NCBI GenBank assembly: GCA_963641945.1
Contig: CAVIDW010000005.1
Location: 348-64,347, forward strand
Direction: 5' to 3'
Source: a bacterium
Lineage (GTDB): Bacteria > Bacillota_I > Bacilli_A > RF39 > UBA660
DNA: 64,000 nucleotides
The translations under genes and the position numbers were made by a program. The notes under the pieces were generated by a model, which made no database searches, was not told the origin of the DNA, and saw nothing but the letters and a program-made list of their open reading frames with translations. Below are positions 1 through 9,843 of the stretch, piece by piece. The first letter of the stretch is position 1, and each line of letters starts with the position of its first letter.

Positions 1-1
1 A

Positions 2-100
2 GAAATATTGAAACCTTATCCAATTATAGAAATGCTTTGTAAACCATTTAATGAAAAAGATATTGGTGGAGTTATTGAAAAATCAATTAAAAGAACTTAG
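2..100 (+). CDS. 3' end of a gene entering from outside the window; product not identifiable from 32 codons. Its position upstream of spoIIIAH suggests a spoIIIA-operon gene.
   Basis: Open frame from the window edge to TAG at 98-100 (...GGVIEKSIKRT*). A short hairpin agaac/gttct plus a T-run follows at 92-112. Confidence 0.35.
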   Translation, partial: EILKPYPIIEMLCKPFNEKDIGGVIEKSIKRT

Positions 101-145
101 GTTCTTTTTTTTATTGTATTTAATATAATTTAATGGGGTGAAAAA

Positions 146-640
146 ATGAATAAGAAAAATTTATGGTTTTTGACATTATTTTCATTAATACTGATATTAG
201 GGGTGTATTATATAACTTTACCTAGTGAAATATTTAGCGATAAGTATAATACAGATAAAGTAAATAAAAATATTGATATTAATGTTAGTGAAAATAATAA
301 ACTTGTTGCTTTAAGAGTTGAAAGAGATGAAAAAGTTGCTGATTTAATGAGTAAATTACAAGAAAAAATAGTTTCACCATCATCTACTTCAGAAGAAAAA
401 AGTAGTGCTTTTAGTGAACTTCAAGTTTTAAATTTAGCTAAGGGAAAAGAAAAGTATTTAGAGGAGAAAATATTAAAAGACTATAACATTATTTCTTATG
501 TTGAGATTAATAATGATAATATTTATATAACAATATCTTCTAAAAATCATAGTAATACATTAGCTAATAATCTTATGAGAAGTGTTCAGTCTGAATTTGA
601 AACCAAAAAAAATATAACAGTTAAATTTGAAAGTAACTAG
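146..640 (+). CDS. spoIIIAH: SpoIIIAH-like sporulation membrane protein
   Basis: GGGGTG RBS just upstream of the ATG. Single N-terminal TM helix (LWFLTLFSLILILGVYYI). Charged linker with VALRVERDEKV, and a C-terminal YITISSKNHS...ITVKF segment as in the SpoIIIAH family. Motif-level call only. Confidence 0.55.
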   Translation: MNKKNLWFLTLFSLILILGVYYITLPSEIFSDKYNTDKVNKNIDINVSENNKLVALRVERDEKVADLMSKLQEKIVSPSSTSEEKSSAFSELQVLNLAKGKEKYLEEKILKDYNIISYVEINNDNIYITISSKNHSNTLANNLMRSVQSEFETKKNITVKFESN

Positions 641-700
641 GCATATCTAGTAACCTTTGTCTTTTTATTTCATAGATTACTTTAGGAGATAGAGGTGAAT

Positions 701-907
701 ATGACAGGTAATATTTTAACTAAAAGAGAAAAAGATGTCTTTGTATTGCTGATTCAAAATAAAAGCACTAGGGAAATAGCTGAGTCACTTTGTATTAGTG
801 AAAAGACTGTAAGAAATCATATATCTAATGCTATGCAAAAACTTGGTTGTAAGGGAAGAGCAGGAGCTGTTATTGAACTTATAAAATTAGGAGAAATTTC
901 TATATAA
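701..907 (+). CDS. Small LuxR/GerE-type HTH transcriptional regulator
   Basis: 68 aa consisting only of the LuxR C-terminal HTH (LTKREKDVFVLLIQNKSTREIAESLCISEKTVRNHISNAMQKLG). GGAGATAGAGG RBS before the ATG at 701; the ORF track begins at a GTG at 695. Confidence 0.75.
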   Translation: MTGNILTKREKDVFVLLIQNKSTREIAESLCISEKTVRNHISNAMQKLGCKGRAGAVIELIKLGEISI

Positions 908-917
908 AATGACTTAA

Positions 918-1877
918 TTGTCATTTTTTAATTTAAATAACATAAAATTAACTATGATAAAGAAATATGCTATTAATAAAATTGTTATTGCTACATTATG
1001 TTTAGTTTTATTTATGATATTTTATTTTTTTCCAACGACTGAGAATATAAAACCTGAAGTTATAAAAGAAAATAAATCTAATTATGAGAATGTTGTTTAT
1101 TTGATTGATAATGATAATTATGTTTCTAGAGTTATTTGTTATTATGATAAATTGAGTGTTGTTGAAGATATAAAGAAAAAAATTAATTTAATAACCAATT
1201 ATGATTTAGATGGATTTTATACTATTATACCTAAAGGTACTGTTTTAAAAGATGTTAAGGTTGATAAAGATAGTGTTTATTTGAATTTTAGTAAAGATTT
1301 ACTTAATATTAATGTTTATTTTGAAGAAGAAATGATTGAAGGAATAGTATTTACATTAACTGAAATTAATGGAATAAATAATATCTATATTAGTGTAGAA
1401 GGTGAAGAGTTAAAATATTTACCATATTCTAAAAAAGAATTAAATTATCCTCTTACTAGAAATATTGGTATTAATAAAGAGTATAATTTAAATAATTTTA
1501 ATAATATTAATAAAACTACTGTGTATTTTAGTAAAGAGTATGATGATATTTCATATTTTGTTCCTGTTACTAAAGTAATGAATAGTGAATCTGAGAAGAT
1601 TGATATTATTATTGAGGAACTTAAGAGTTCTGTTAATTCTCAAAATAATTTTAAAAGTTATATTAGTGATAATTTAGAATTGGTTAATTATACTCACGAT
1701 GAATCTAAAATGTCACTTGTATTTAACAATTATATATTTAATGATTTTGATAGTAAAAATGTACTTGAAGAAGTAAAATATATAATTGCAAATTCAATTT
1801 TTGAAAATTATAGTGTGAATGAAGTTATTTTTAGTACTGAAAGTGAAGAAAATATTGCAAATATTTTAAAAAAATAG
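918..1877 (+). CDS. GerM-like (GerMN-repeat) sporulation/germination protein, membrane anchored
   Basis: N-terminal hydrophobic anchor (IVIATLCLVLFMIFYFF). Two repeated modules of about 100 aa (…SVYLNFSKDLLN… and …MSLVFNNYIFNDF…). Lies in a sporulation gene neighbourhood. Start is uncertain (TTG at 918 or ATG at 954). Confidence 0.4.
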   Translation: MSFFNLNNIKLTMIKKYAINKIVIATLCLVLFMIFYFFPTTENIKPEVIKENKSNYENVVYLIDNDNYVSRVICYYDKLSVVEDIKKKINLITNYDLDGFYTIIPKGTVLKDVKVDKDSVYLNFSKDLLNINVYFEEEMIEGIVFTLTEINGINNIYISVEGEELKYLPYSKKELNYPLTRNIGINKEYNLNNFNNINKTTVYFSKEYDDISYFVPVTKVMNSESEKIDIIIEELKSSVNSQNNFKSYISDNLELVNYTHDESKMSLVFNNYIFNDFDSKNVLEEVKYIIANSIFENYSVNEVIFSTESEENIANILKK

Positions 1878-1936
1878 AAGAAATGTCTTGAAAATTATAA
1901 ATTAATGTTGTATACTTTATTAGTAATTTTTAAGAC

Positions 1937-2013
1937 GTCCTCGTAGCTCAGTTGGATAGAGCATACGCCTTCTAAGCGTACGGTCAGGCGTTCGAATCGC
2001 CTCGAGGACACCA
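1937..2013 (+). tRNA. tRNA-Arg (anticodon UCU), CCA encoded
   Basis: Cloverleaf folded by hand: acceptor GTCCTCG/CGAGGAC, D-arm GCTC/GAGC, anticodon stem TACGC/GCGTA with loop CT-TCT-AA, T-arm AGGCG-TTCGAAT-CGCCT, discriminator A plus CCA. Total 77 nt. Confidence 0.9.
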
Positions 2014-2152
2014 CTAATGTTTATAAGCTCTTAAATTAGGGCTTTTTTAGTGCATTTTATTATTCTAAACATACTGCTAAACACACTTTTTATAAATTAT
2101 TTAAAATTTTGATTATATTGTCTAATTTACTTTGATACATATATGAGTATAA

Positions 2153-3538
2153 GTTAATCCTAATGCAACACAAGATCAGATTATAGAGAAAATAGCAACG
2201 CATGAGATGACACATGATATAATAAATCAAAAGACTGAAACAGGTACTAATCTATTTAGTGATGTATTAGAATATGCAAAAACAACTGAAAACTATGAAA
2301 GTGTAAGAAAAGATTTAGAAAAATCATATTCTAAGTATTATGATATTACTTCTAAAGATTTCTCACAAAAAATAGATGAAGAGATAGTAGCAAATACATT
2401 AGGAAAACAATTAAGTACTCAAGAATATATAAATAGAATTGTAAATAATAATCCAAACATAGCACAAAAAATATATAGATGGGTAGTAGATAAATTACAA
2501 ACATCTAATATAATAAAAGATAATAATGAAGTAACTGGATTTAAAAGTGAAAAACTATATTGGGAAGGTGTAAAAAATAAATTTGAAAAAGCATATAATG
2601 AGAGAAATGCAGGCTCTTCTGATGATAGTACAAGATATTCAATAGTTGGTTATGAAGGAATAAATAATTTACCAAATAGTCCATTAAAAGATGTAATGAC
2701 AGAAAAATACAAAAAAGCAAAAGAAATGCTTAAAAATAACGGAAGTAATGATTCGATTTTTAAAGAAACAAAATTTTATGTGGGAACAGATGGAAAACTT
2801 AAAATTGAAATTAGCGATGAAATGTTTGACTTAAAGATAAAAGATAATATAAAATCAGGACAAGTGTATAAAATGAAAGATTTTATAGATGATGATTATT
2901 TATTTGCATTTTATCCAGAACTGAAAGATTATGAAATAAAAATTACAAATTATGATGAAGGATTTATGATTAATACAATCAAATATGTTATAAATGGTTT
3001 TAAAAAATCAAATCCAAATGGTTCATATGGTAGTACAACAAAAACAGTATTTTTAAATGAAAATAGAAATACTGAAAAAGCTTTAAAGCAAACTCTAATT
3101 CATGAAATACAATACGCAATACAAGATATAGAAGGATTTGAAAGTGGTGCATCTTCTTTGTTAAGCAAAGAAAAATACATTAAATCAAATGGAGAAAATG
3201 AAGCAAAGTTAACTTCAAAAAGACTAGAATATGATAAAGAATATAGAAAGGCTGATCCATTTTATGCAATTCAAGAAAAACAAACAAAAGAAAGACTTGC
3301 CGCATATTACAAAAATAGAAAGATAATTGATAAATTTAAGGATAAATTATATAATTGTCTTGAAAGGAAGATTAGTCATGAAAATCCTGAAAAAGATAAT
3401 TTTAAAATTGAAACGGAAAAAAGAGGAATTAAAGATAGTGCTTCGAAGAGTAGACTAAGCAAATACGAATATTTAAAAGACGATAGTGGCGAGTTTAAAT
3501 ATTCGCTAAATTCAAAGGAAGAACCTGAAATGATATGA
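2153..3538 (+). pseudogene. 5'-truncated remnant of a large polyvalent protein of phage/conjugative-element type, with metallopeptidase-like motifs
   Basis: The frame is open from a stop at about 2150 with no credible start or RBS. It begins mid-domain (…IEKIATHEMTHDII, an HExxH motif). It also contains …KFYVGTDGKLKIEISDE… and …LIHEIQYAIQDIEGFESG…, motifs I associate with polyvalent-protein LPD-type domains. It lies directly 3' of a tRNA. Confidence 0.5.
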
Positions 3539-3577
3539 ACCTCGTTTCTATTTTGTCCAAGAAACGGGTTTCATATC
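3532..3577. repeat. 46-nt palindromic hairpin, copy A of a three-member repeat family (inverted relative to copies B and C)
   Basis: gatatgaacctcgtttct-attttgtcca-agaaacgggtttcatatc. Its reverse complement matches 63927-63967 with one mismatch over about 41 nt. Confidence 0.8.
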
Positions 3578-3697
3578 AAAAATTAAAATAATCTTCATCT
3601 TTTATTATTTATTAACAATTTTACCAGAACTCAAATAAACATATTAAATAACATTCTAAGATTAAATGCTACTTTTTGAAAACAATTTTTGTTGTGG

Positions 3698-3726
3698 TTG
3701 ACTTTTTTAACAAAATATGTTATAAT
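3698..3726 (+). promoter_or_regulatory. Sigma-A type promoter of the sigma factor gene
   Basis: TTGACT (3698-3703), 17-nt spacer, TATAAT (3721-3726) with a TG extended -10 (tgtTATAAT). Lies about 35 nt upstream of the AAGGGGG RBS and the ATG at 3760. Confidence 0.6.
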
Positions 3727-3759
3727 CTAATCACTTTGAAAAGGGGGTTTTCAAATATT

Positions 3760-5193
3760 ATGAAAGAAAATATTTTTGATGTAGTTTCAAATTATGTTAA
3801 TAAGAATTTTGATGATGGGAGTTTGGCAGTTCAATTATCTAATTATAAAGGACTTATTAATTTACTAAGTGAAAAAAATCTTGTTATAGATATTGATAGT
3901 GCTTTTGATTTATATTATTCTAATGATAAAATAAAAAACATGGTTGATTCTTTAATGTCTAGTAAGAGAACTAGAAGTTTATGTAATAATGATTGTGTTA
4001 AATATTTAATGCAAATTAATGCTGAAGATGTTGAAAAAGATGATGAAGAAAAACTTGGAACTGAAGATGATGTAGATTCTCAAGATGAGAATAAATATAG
4101 TCCTTCTAGATATTCTGTTGGTAAACATTCTCACAAAGGTAATGGTTTAGATATAGTTGGTTTATATATAAAAGAATTACCAGGGGAAGTTTTAAATGCT
4201 GAACAAGAACGTGCTTTATTTACTAGAGTTGCTAATGGAGATGAAAAAGCAAGAGAAGATGCAATTTATTATAATTTACGTTTAGTTATATGCATTGCTA
4301 AAAAATATATTGGTCGTGGTTTATCTTTTGAAGATCTTGTACAAGAAGGAAATCTTGGATTAATGAAAGCAATTGAAAAGTTTGATGTTAAAAAAGGTTA
4401 TAAGTTTAGTACTTATGCAACATCTTGGATAAGACAATCTATTACTAGATCTATTGCAGACCAATCTAGAACAATAAGAATTCCTGTTCATTTACATGAG
4501 AATATGATAAAGATAAAAAAAGCATTTGGTGAGTGGATGATATCTCATCCCTATGAACCAACTATTTCTGATTTATCAGAAGTAACTGGTCTTAAAGAAG
4601 ATCATATTAGCTTTTGTTTAAGTAAAATGGATAATATTATTTCTTTAGATTCGCCTGTTAATAGTGAAGAAGAAGATTCTTATTTGGGTGATTTTATTGC
4701 TTCTGATTCTGAACAATATGAAGATTTTGATTGGAAAGACTATGTAAGCTCTTTTATGGAAGCTGTTGAAAATTCACCTAAAATAAATAAAAAAGAATTA
4801 TATGTTTTAAAAGCTAGATGTGGTATTTTAACTGGTCAACCTATGACTCTTGAAGAAGTTGGAAAAGAACTTGGTATAACTCGTGAAAGAGTAAGACAAA
4901 TTGAATCAAAAGCATTTAGAAAAGCAAGAACTGATAAAATAATTAGAATGTATAATCCTAGTAGATTAAATGATGTTTGTACAAGTCAACAATATGTTTT
5001 AGATTCTAATGGTAATTTTGTTCCTATTAAAAGAAAGTCAAATGATTCATGTGATTATTTTAGATATAGTTATCCACGCATTACTAAAGCAGATGATGAA
5101 CAAAATCAAAATGATGAAGCAAATCGTTTTGATAGACGTAACAAACAATTAGAAGAATATTTTGCATATAAAAAGACATTGAAACATAATTAG
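3760..5193 (+). CDS. RpoD/SigA-like sigma-70 factor with an unusual C-terminal extension of about 88 aa
   Basis: Regions 2-4 are readable: LVICIAKKYIGRGLSFEDLVQEGNLGLMKAIEKFDVKKGYKFSTYATSWIRQSITRSIADQSRTIRIPVH; TLEEVGKELGITRERVRQIESKAFRKAR. ATG at 3760 follows the AAGGGGG RBS. The ORF-track start at 3676 overlaps the promoter, so I reject it. Confidence 0.8.
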   Translation: MKENIFDVVSNYVNKNFDDGSLAVQLSNYKGLINLLSEKNLVIDIDSAFDLYYSNDKIKNMVDSLMSSKRTRSLCNNDCVKYLMQINAEDVEKDDEEKLGTEDDVDSQDENKYSPSRYSVGKHSHKGNGLDIVGLYIKELPGEVLNAEQERALFTRVANGDEKAREDAIYYNLRLVICIAKKYIGRGLSFEDLVQEGNLGLMKAIEKFDVKKGYKFSTYATSWIRQSITRSIADQSRTIRIPVHLHENMIKIKKAFGEWMISHPYEPTISDLSEVTGLKEDHISFCLSKMDNIISLDSPVNSEEEDSYLGDFIASDSEQYEDFDWKDYVSSFMEAVENSPKINKKELYVLKARCGILTGQPMTLEEVGKELGITRERVRQIESKAFRKARTDKIIRMYNPSRLNDVCTSQQYVLDSNGNFVPIKRKSNDSCDYFRYSYPRITKADDEQNQNDEANRFDRRNKQLEEYFAYKKTLKHN

Positions 5194-5269
5194 TAAAAGG
5201 GGTTTTGAAAATCCCTTTTTTCATTGAAAAAAAATATATAGATTGATATAATTATAATGAGGTAATTAT

Positions 5270-6352
5270 ATGAGAAGTGTTTATGTTCATATTCCATTTT
5301 GTAATAGTATATGCTCTTATTGTGACTTTTGTAAGTTTTTATATAGTAATCCTTGGGCAGAAAAATATATTGAAACTCTACAAAGTGAAATACTTGAATA
5401 TTATGAAGGCGAAACTATTAAAACACTATATATTGGAGGGGGGACTCCTTCTAGTTTGAATAGTGATCTTTTAAGAAAATTATTTAATGTTTTAAGGCTT
5501 TTTAAATTAAGTGATGATTATGAATTTACTTTTGAATGTAATATTAATGATATTAATGAAGAACTTTTATATATATTAAAGAGTCATGGAGTTAATAGAA
5601 TTAGTATTGGAGTAGAGAGTTTTAATAAAAATAATTTAAAATTTTTAAATAGGAAACATAATAAAAAAGATATATTTGATAAAATAAAATTAGCTAAATC
5701 ATATGGTTTTGATAATATTAATGTGGATATAATATATGCTCTTCCAATAGAGAGTATGTTTGTTTTAAAGAGTGATATAAGTAATATATTAAAACTTAAT
5801 GTTGATCATGTTAGTACTTATTCATTAATTATAGAAGAACATACTGCATTATATAATAAAGGAATTAAACCAATAGATGAGAATCTTGATTTTAAGATGT
5901 ATAAATATATATGTAAGAAATTAAGAAAAAAAGGATATGAACATTATGAAGTAAGTAATTTTGCCAGAAATGGTAAAATGAGTAAACATAATTTGACATA
6001 TTGGAATAATCAAGAATATTATGGTTTTGGACTTGGAACTACTGGATATGTAAATGGTATGAGATATGAGAATACTAGAAGCTTCAATAAATATTTAAAT
6101 AAAGAATATAGATTTAATGAATTGCTTGTTTCTAATCAAGAAGAAATGGAGAATGAACTTATTCTTGGTCTTAGAAAATTAAAAGGTGTATCTATTAGTG
6201 AATTTGAGAAAAAATATGATAGGAAGATAGATGAAGCTTTTAAATTAGATGAAGCAATTAAAAAGAAATATTTAATTATTAAAGATGATTATTTATTTAT
6301 TAATCCAAGTAAGATATATGTTATGAATGAAATAATTAATATGATAATGTGA
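5270..6352 (+). CDS. hemW: Radical SAM heme chaperone HemW (HemN-like, oxygen-independent coproporphyrinogen oxidase family)
   Basis: N-terminal YVHIPFCNSICSYCDFC (CxxxCxxC), GGGTPS motif, and a C-terminal HemN_C-like region. Confidence 0.8.
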   Translation: MRSVYVHIPFCNSICSYCDFCKFLYSNPWAEKYIETLQSEILEYYEGETIKTLYIGGGTPSSLNSDLLRKLFNVLRLFKLSDDYEFTFECNINDINEELLYILKSHGVNRISIGVESFNKNNLKFLNRKHNKKDIFDKIKLAKSYGFDNINVDIIYALPIESMFVLKSDISNILKLNVDHVSTYSLIIEEHTALYNKGIKPIDENLDFKMYKYICKKLRKKGYEHYEVSNFARNGKMSKHNLTYWNNQEYYGFGLGTTGYVNGMRYENTRSFNKYLNKEYRFNELLVSNQEEMENELILGLRKLKGVSISEFEKKYDRKIDEAFKLDEAIKKKYLIIKDDYLFINPSKIYVMNEIINMIM

Positions 6353-6358
6353 GGAAAT

Positions 6359-8071
6359 ATGAAAGTAATAAGATTAATGAAGGGGTTAATTAAATATATT
6401 GTTCTTATGGCAATATTTTGTGTTATTCAAGTATATTGTGAACTTGAACTTCCAAATGTTATGAGTAATATAGTTGATATTGGTATTGCTAATAATGATA
6501 CAGTATATATTAGTAGTTTAGTTATTAAGATGTTAGTAATAACTGTTATATGTCTAATATCTAATATTTTAGTTATATATTCTACTTCTAAGTTTTCTAA
6601 TCAATATGGATATAACATAAGAGAGGCTTTATATAAAAAGATAAGTGGATTTAGTAAAAAAGAAATTGATGAGTTTGGAGCATCTACACTTATAACTCGC
6701 AGTACTAATAATGTTAGTAATATAACTTCTACTTTTTCTTTTGGATTAAGACTTATAATATTTGCTCCTATTATGGGAATAGGAGCGGCTATTATGGCAT
6801 ATTCTAAAGCACCATCTTTAGCACCTATAGTAATTATATCTGTTAGTGTTTTAATGCTTTTAGTTGTAGTTATATTTGCATGTATTTCACCTAAGTTTGA
6901 AATATTACAAAAATATTTAGATAAATTAAATGCTACTTCTCGTGAAGCACTTAGTGGTATTAGAGTTATTAAAGCTTTTAATAAAAAAGATTATTTTAAA
7001 AAGAGATTTGATAAAGTAAATAGTGATAATAGAGAAATGAATGTTTTTCTTAATAAAATACTTTATTTAATACAACCAATGATGATATTAATAATTAATG
7101 TCGCTACTATAATAATAGTATATATATCTACTAGATATTTAAGTGAAGGAACATTGGAAATTGGATCAATGATGGCATTTATTCAATATTTAGCCATAGT
7201 TTTAACTAGTTTCTTGATGTTACTTGTCATTATATTGAATATACCTAGAGTTATGGTTTCTTTTAAGAGAATAAATGAGGTATTAAATGTTGAAGTGGCT
7301 GTTGTTAATGAAGGAAAGATAAAGCTTAATTCTTTAGAAAGTATTGAATTTAAAAATGTTTATTTTAAGTATGAAAATGCTCATGATGATATGTTAAAGA
7401 ATATTAGTTTTAAAATAGTTAAGGGTGAAAAAGTAGGTATTATTGGATCTAGTGGATGTGGTAAGACTACAATAATTAATTTACTTTTAAGACATATTGA
7501 ATCTACTAGTGGACAAATATTTATTAATGGAATAGATATTCATGAATATGATATTAAGTCTTTAAGAAATATATTTGCATATACTCCACAAAATAATGAG
7601 TTGTTTAAAGGAACAATTAAAGAAAATTTGTCTTTTGATAAAAGAATTAATGCTGATAATTTAGATGAAGCATTAAGTAATGCTCAAATTATGGATTTTA
7701 TAGAAAAGAATGAAGAGGGATATGATTATGAGTTATTCCAATCGGGAGTTAATTTGAGTGGTGGTCAAAGACAAAGAATGTCAATTGCTAGAGCATTGTT
7801 AAGTGGCGGTGAATGTTTACTTTTAGATGATTCATTATCTTCAGTTGATTATATTACTGATAAAAGAATAAGAGAGTCTATATATAAATTATATAAAGAT
7901 AAGATGATAATATTGATTACTCAAAGAGTTAATAATTTAACTGGTTTTGATAAGATAATAGTTATTGAATCAGGTAAGATTGAGATGATTGGTAATTATC
8001 TTGATGTAGTTAATACAAGTAAAGTATTTAATGAATTTATTGAATCTCAAAAGAGGGAGGTGTCAAAATGA
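6359..8071 (+). CDS. ABC exporter permease/ATPase half-transporter with a degenerate catalytic site
   Basis: TMD plus NBD. Walker A GSSGCGKTT, signature LSGGQRQR, Walker B LLLDD with D in place of the catalytic E. Translationally coupled to the next gene (ATGA overlap at 8068). Confidence 0.85.
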   Translation: MKVIRLMKGLIKYIVLMAIFCVIQVYCELELPNVMSNIVDIGIANNDTVYISSLVIKMLVITVICLISNILVIYSTSKFSNQYGYNIREALYKKISGFSKKEIDEFGASTLITRSTNNVSNITSTFSFGLRLIIFAPIMGIGAAIMAYSKAPSLAPIVIISVSVLMLLVVVIFACISPKFEILQKYLDKLNATSREALSGIRVIKAFNKKDYFKKRFDKVNSDNREMNVFLNKILYLIQPMMILIINVATIIIVYISTRYLSEGTLEIGSMMAFIQYLAIVLTSFLMLLVIILNIPRVMVSFKRINEVLNVEVAVVNEGKIKLNSLESIEFKNVYFKYENAHDDMLKNISFKIVKGEKVGIIGSSGCGKTTIINLLLRHIESTSGQIFINGIDIHEYDIKSLRNIFAYTPQNNELFKGTIKENLSFDKRINADNLDEALSNAQIMDFIEKNEEGYDYELFQSGVNLSGGQRQRMSIARALLSGGECLLLDDSLSSVDYITDKRIRESIYKLYKDKMIILITQRVNNLTGFDKIIVIESGKIEMIGNYLDVVNTSKVFNEFIESQKREVSK

Positions 8072-9840
8072 AAAGAAAAGAAAATAATGCACCTACTTTA
8101 AGAGAGGTTATTTCTAAAACATTTAAAATAATAAAAGAATATAGAAAGTCTTATATTTTGATTGTTATATTTTGTATTTTAGCTGCAATATTTGGTTCAA
8201 TTGCACCTTACTTTTTAGGTTATGCAACTGATAGTTTGTATGATTCTATTAGCAAAGGAATAGGATTTAATTATTCTTATTTGAGTAAAATATTATTTTT
8301 AGTATTATGTTGTTATATTATTAATGCTATTTGTACATATTTTAAGAGTTATTTAGCAAGTGATTTAGGTCAAAGAATTGGTTATGATTTAAGACATAAA
8401 TTAATGTCTAAAATATTTAGAATTAAGGTTTCAAGGCTTGATAAGATTAAGAAAGGTGATATTATTAGTAAAATAACTAATGATGTTGAAAGATTAACTG
8501 ATAATATTACTCAAATAATACCTGATTTGGTTTATAATGCTTCTTTAATTATTGGTATAGTTGTTATGATGTTTATTATTGATCCTTTGCTTGCATGTAT
8601 AGCTATAACGGTAATTCCTCTTACTTATTTGTTACTTAGTATAGTGATTAGAAAGACTCAAAAATATTTTGAACTCAATCAAAAAGCAATTGGAAATGTT
8701 AATGCTTTTGTAGAAGAAAGTGTTACGAATAGTGATGTTATTAAGTCTTTTAATAAAGAAAAATATTTTAATAAGAGATTTAATAAAGTTAGTGCACAGT
8801 TAGCTAGTTATGGCTTTAAAAGTAGTTTTTATAGTAGTTTAGCTGTTCCTTTTAATAAGTTAATATGTAATTTGAGTTATATTGCTGTAGTAGGAGTTGG
8901 AAGCATTTCTGTAATTAGAGGTAATTTGAGACTTGGAGCTATTCAATCTTTTCTACAATATATGAAAGACTTTAATAAACCTGTTAATACAATTGCTCAA
9001 GTTGTATCTAATTTACAAATGGCTATTGCTTCTGTAGATAGAGTTTATGAAATACTTGAACTTGAGGAAGAAAAGAATGGTGATTTAGAGTATTTTGCTT
9101 TTAATTCATGTATTGAATTTAAAAATGTTAATTTTAGTTATATTCCTGGTAAACCTGTTCTTAAAAATTTTAATTTAAAAATTAATAAAGGTGAAAAGGT
9201 AGCTATTGTAGGTAAAACTGGTGCTGGGAAAACAACTATAGTTAATTTATTGATGGGATTTTATAATACGTATGAAGGTGATATTTTAATTGATGGTATT
9301 AGTGTTAGGGATTTGGATAAAACTTCATATAGAAAATTAATTGGAATGGTTTTACAAGATACTTGGCTATTTGAAGGAACTATAAAAGAAAATATTGTTT
9401 TTGATAAAAAAATATCAGATGATAAATTAAAAGATATACTTGATGAAGCTAAAATGTTACATATGATAAAGAGTTTACCTGGTAGTTTAAATTTTGAAAT
9501 TAATGAGGAAACTAATAATTTATCTAATGGAGAAAAACAATTATTGACAATAGCACGAGCTTTAGTAACTAGATGTGAAATATTAATTCTTGATGAAGCT
9601 ACTAGTAGTGTTGATACTAGAACTGAGTATTTGATTAATAATTCTATGAAAGAATTAATGAAGAATAAAACATCAATTGTTATAGCACATAGGTTGTCTA
9701 CTATTGTGAATTCTGATAAAATAATAGTCATTAAACATGGAGAAATAATAGAAGAGGGGACACATAAAGAATTATTAAAAAATAAGGGTTATTATTATGA
9801 GTTATATAATAGTCAGTTTGATTTAAATGATGAGGAGTAA
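8068..9840 (+). CDS. ABC exporter permease/ATPase half-transporter (canonical site), partner of the preceding gene
   Basis: Walker A GKTGAGKTT, signature LSNGEKQ, Walker B ILILDEATS, H-loop AHRLST. Confidence 0.85.
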   Translation: MKRKENNAPTLREVISKTFKIIKEYRKSYILIVIFCILAAIFGSIAPYFLGYATDSLYDSISKGIGFNYSYLSKILFLVLCCYIINAICTYFKSYLASDLGQRIGYDLRHKLMSKIFRIKVSRLDKIKKGDIISKITNDVERLTDNITQIIPDLVYNASLIIGIVVMMFIIDPLLACIAITVIPLTYLLLSIVIRKTQKYFELNQKAIGNVNAFVEESVTNSDVIKSFNKEKYFNKRFNKVSAQLASYGFKSSFYSSLAVPFNKLICNLSYIAVVGVGSISVIRGNLRLGAIQSFLQYMKDFNKPVNTIAQVVSNLQMAIASVDRVYEILELEEEKNGDLEYFAFNSCIEFKNVNFSYIPGKPVLKNFNLKINKGEKVAIVGKTGAGKTTIVNLLMGFYNTYEGDILIDGISVRDLDKTSYRKLIGMVLQDTWLFEGTIKENIVFDKKISDDKLKDILDEAKMLHMIKSLPGSLNFEINEETNNLSNGEKQLLTIARALVTRCEILILDEATSSVDTRTEYLINNSMKELMKNKTSIVIAHRLSTIVNSDKIIVIKHGEIIEEGTHKELLKNKGYYYELYNSQFDLNDEE

Positions 9841-9843
9841 AAT

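Noticed and set aside
3532-3577. The three hairpin repeats considered as a CRISPR array or as recombinase att sites.
   Set aside because: The copies are tens of kb apart and in mixed orientation, and they are not regularly spaced. The split-gene junctions that define the serine-recombinase att sites are elsewhere (20641-42 and 28818-19) and do not contain this motif.
3676-3759. Long N-terminal extensions proposed by the ORF track: sigma factor 3676, mraZ 10406, rsmH 10857, recU 39632, small secreted protein 39702, rpsU 43529, yqeY 43797, 53345 and tyrS 60111.
   Set aside because: The extensions run through promoters, operators or upstream genes, and they use non-ATG or RBS-less starts. Internal ATGs with good Shine-Dalgarno sequences reproduce canonical family N-termini.
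5277-5459. Same-strand alternative-frame ORFs inside hemW. Similar cases are 25055-25246, 31997-32215 and 40281-40502. The + strand ORFs inside the minus-strand ponA (36312-36536, 37204-37395, 37623-37898, 38426-38626) belong to the same class.
   Set aside because: They overlap strongly supported CDSs in another frame or strand, and their composition is hydrophobic and low-complexity.
9261-9731. Antisense ORFs lying inside well-supported genes. This one lies inside the ABC gene. The same applies to 10487-10693, 30808-31149, 42780-43229, 45737-46231, 49719-49934, 49931-50269, 59810-60049, 60881-61183 and 63346-63540.
   Set aside because: Each lies wholly opposite a gene with clear family motifs. 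They have Ser/Ile/Leu/Phe-rich low-complexity translations typical of antisense frames in AT-rich DNA, and they lack RBSs.
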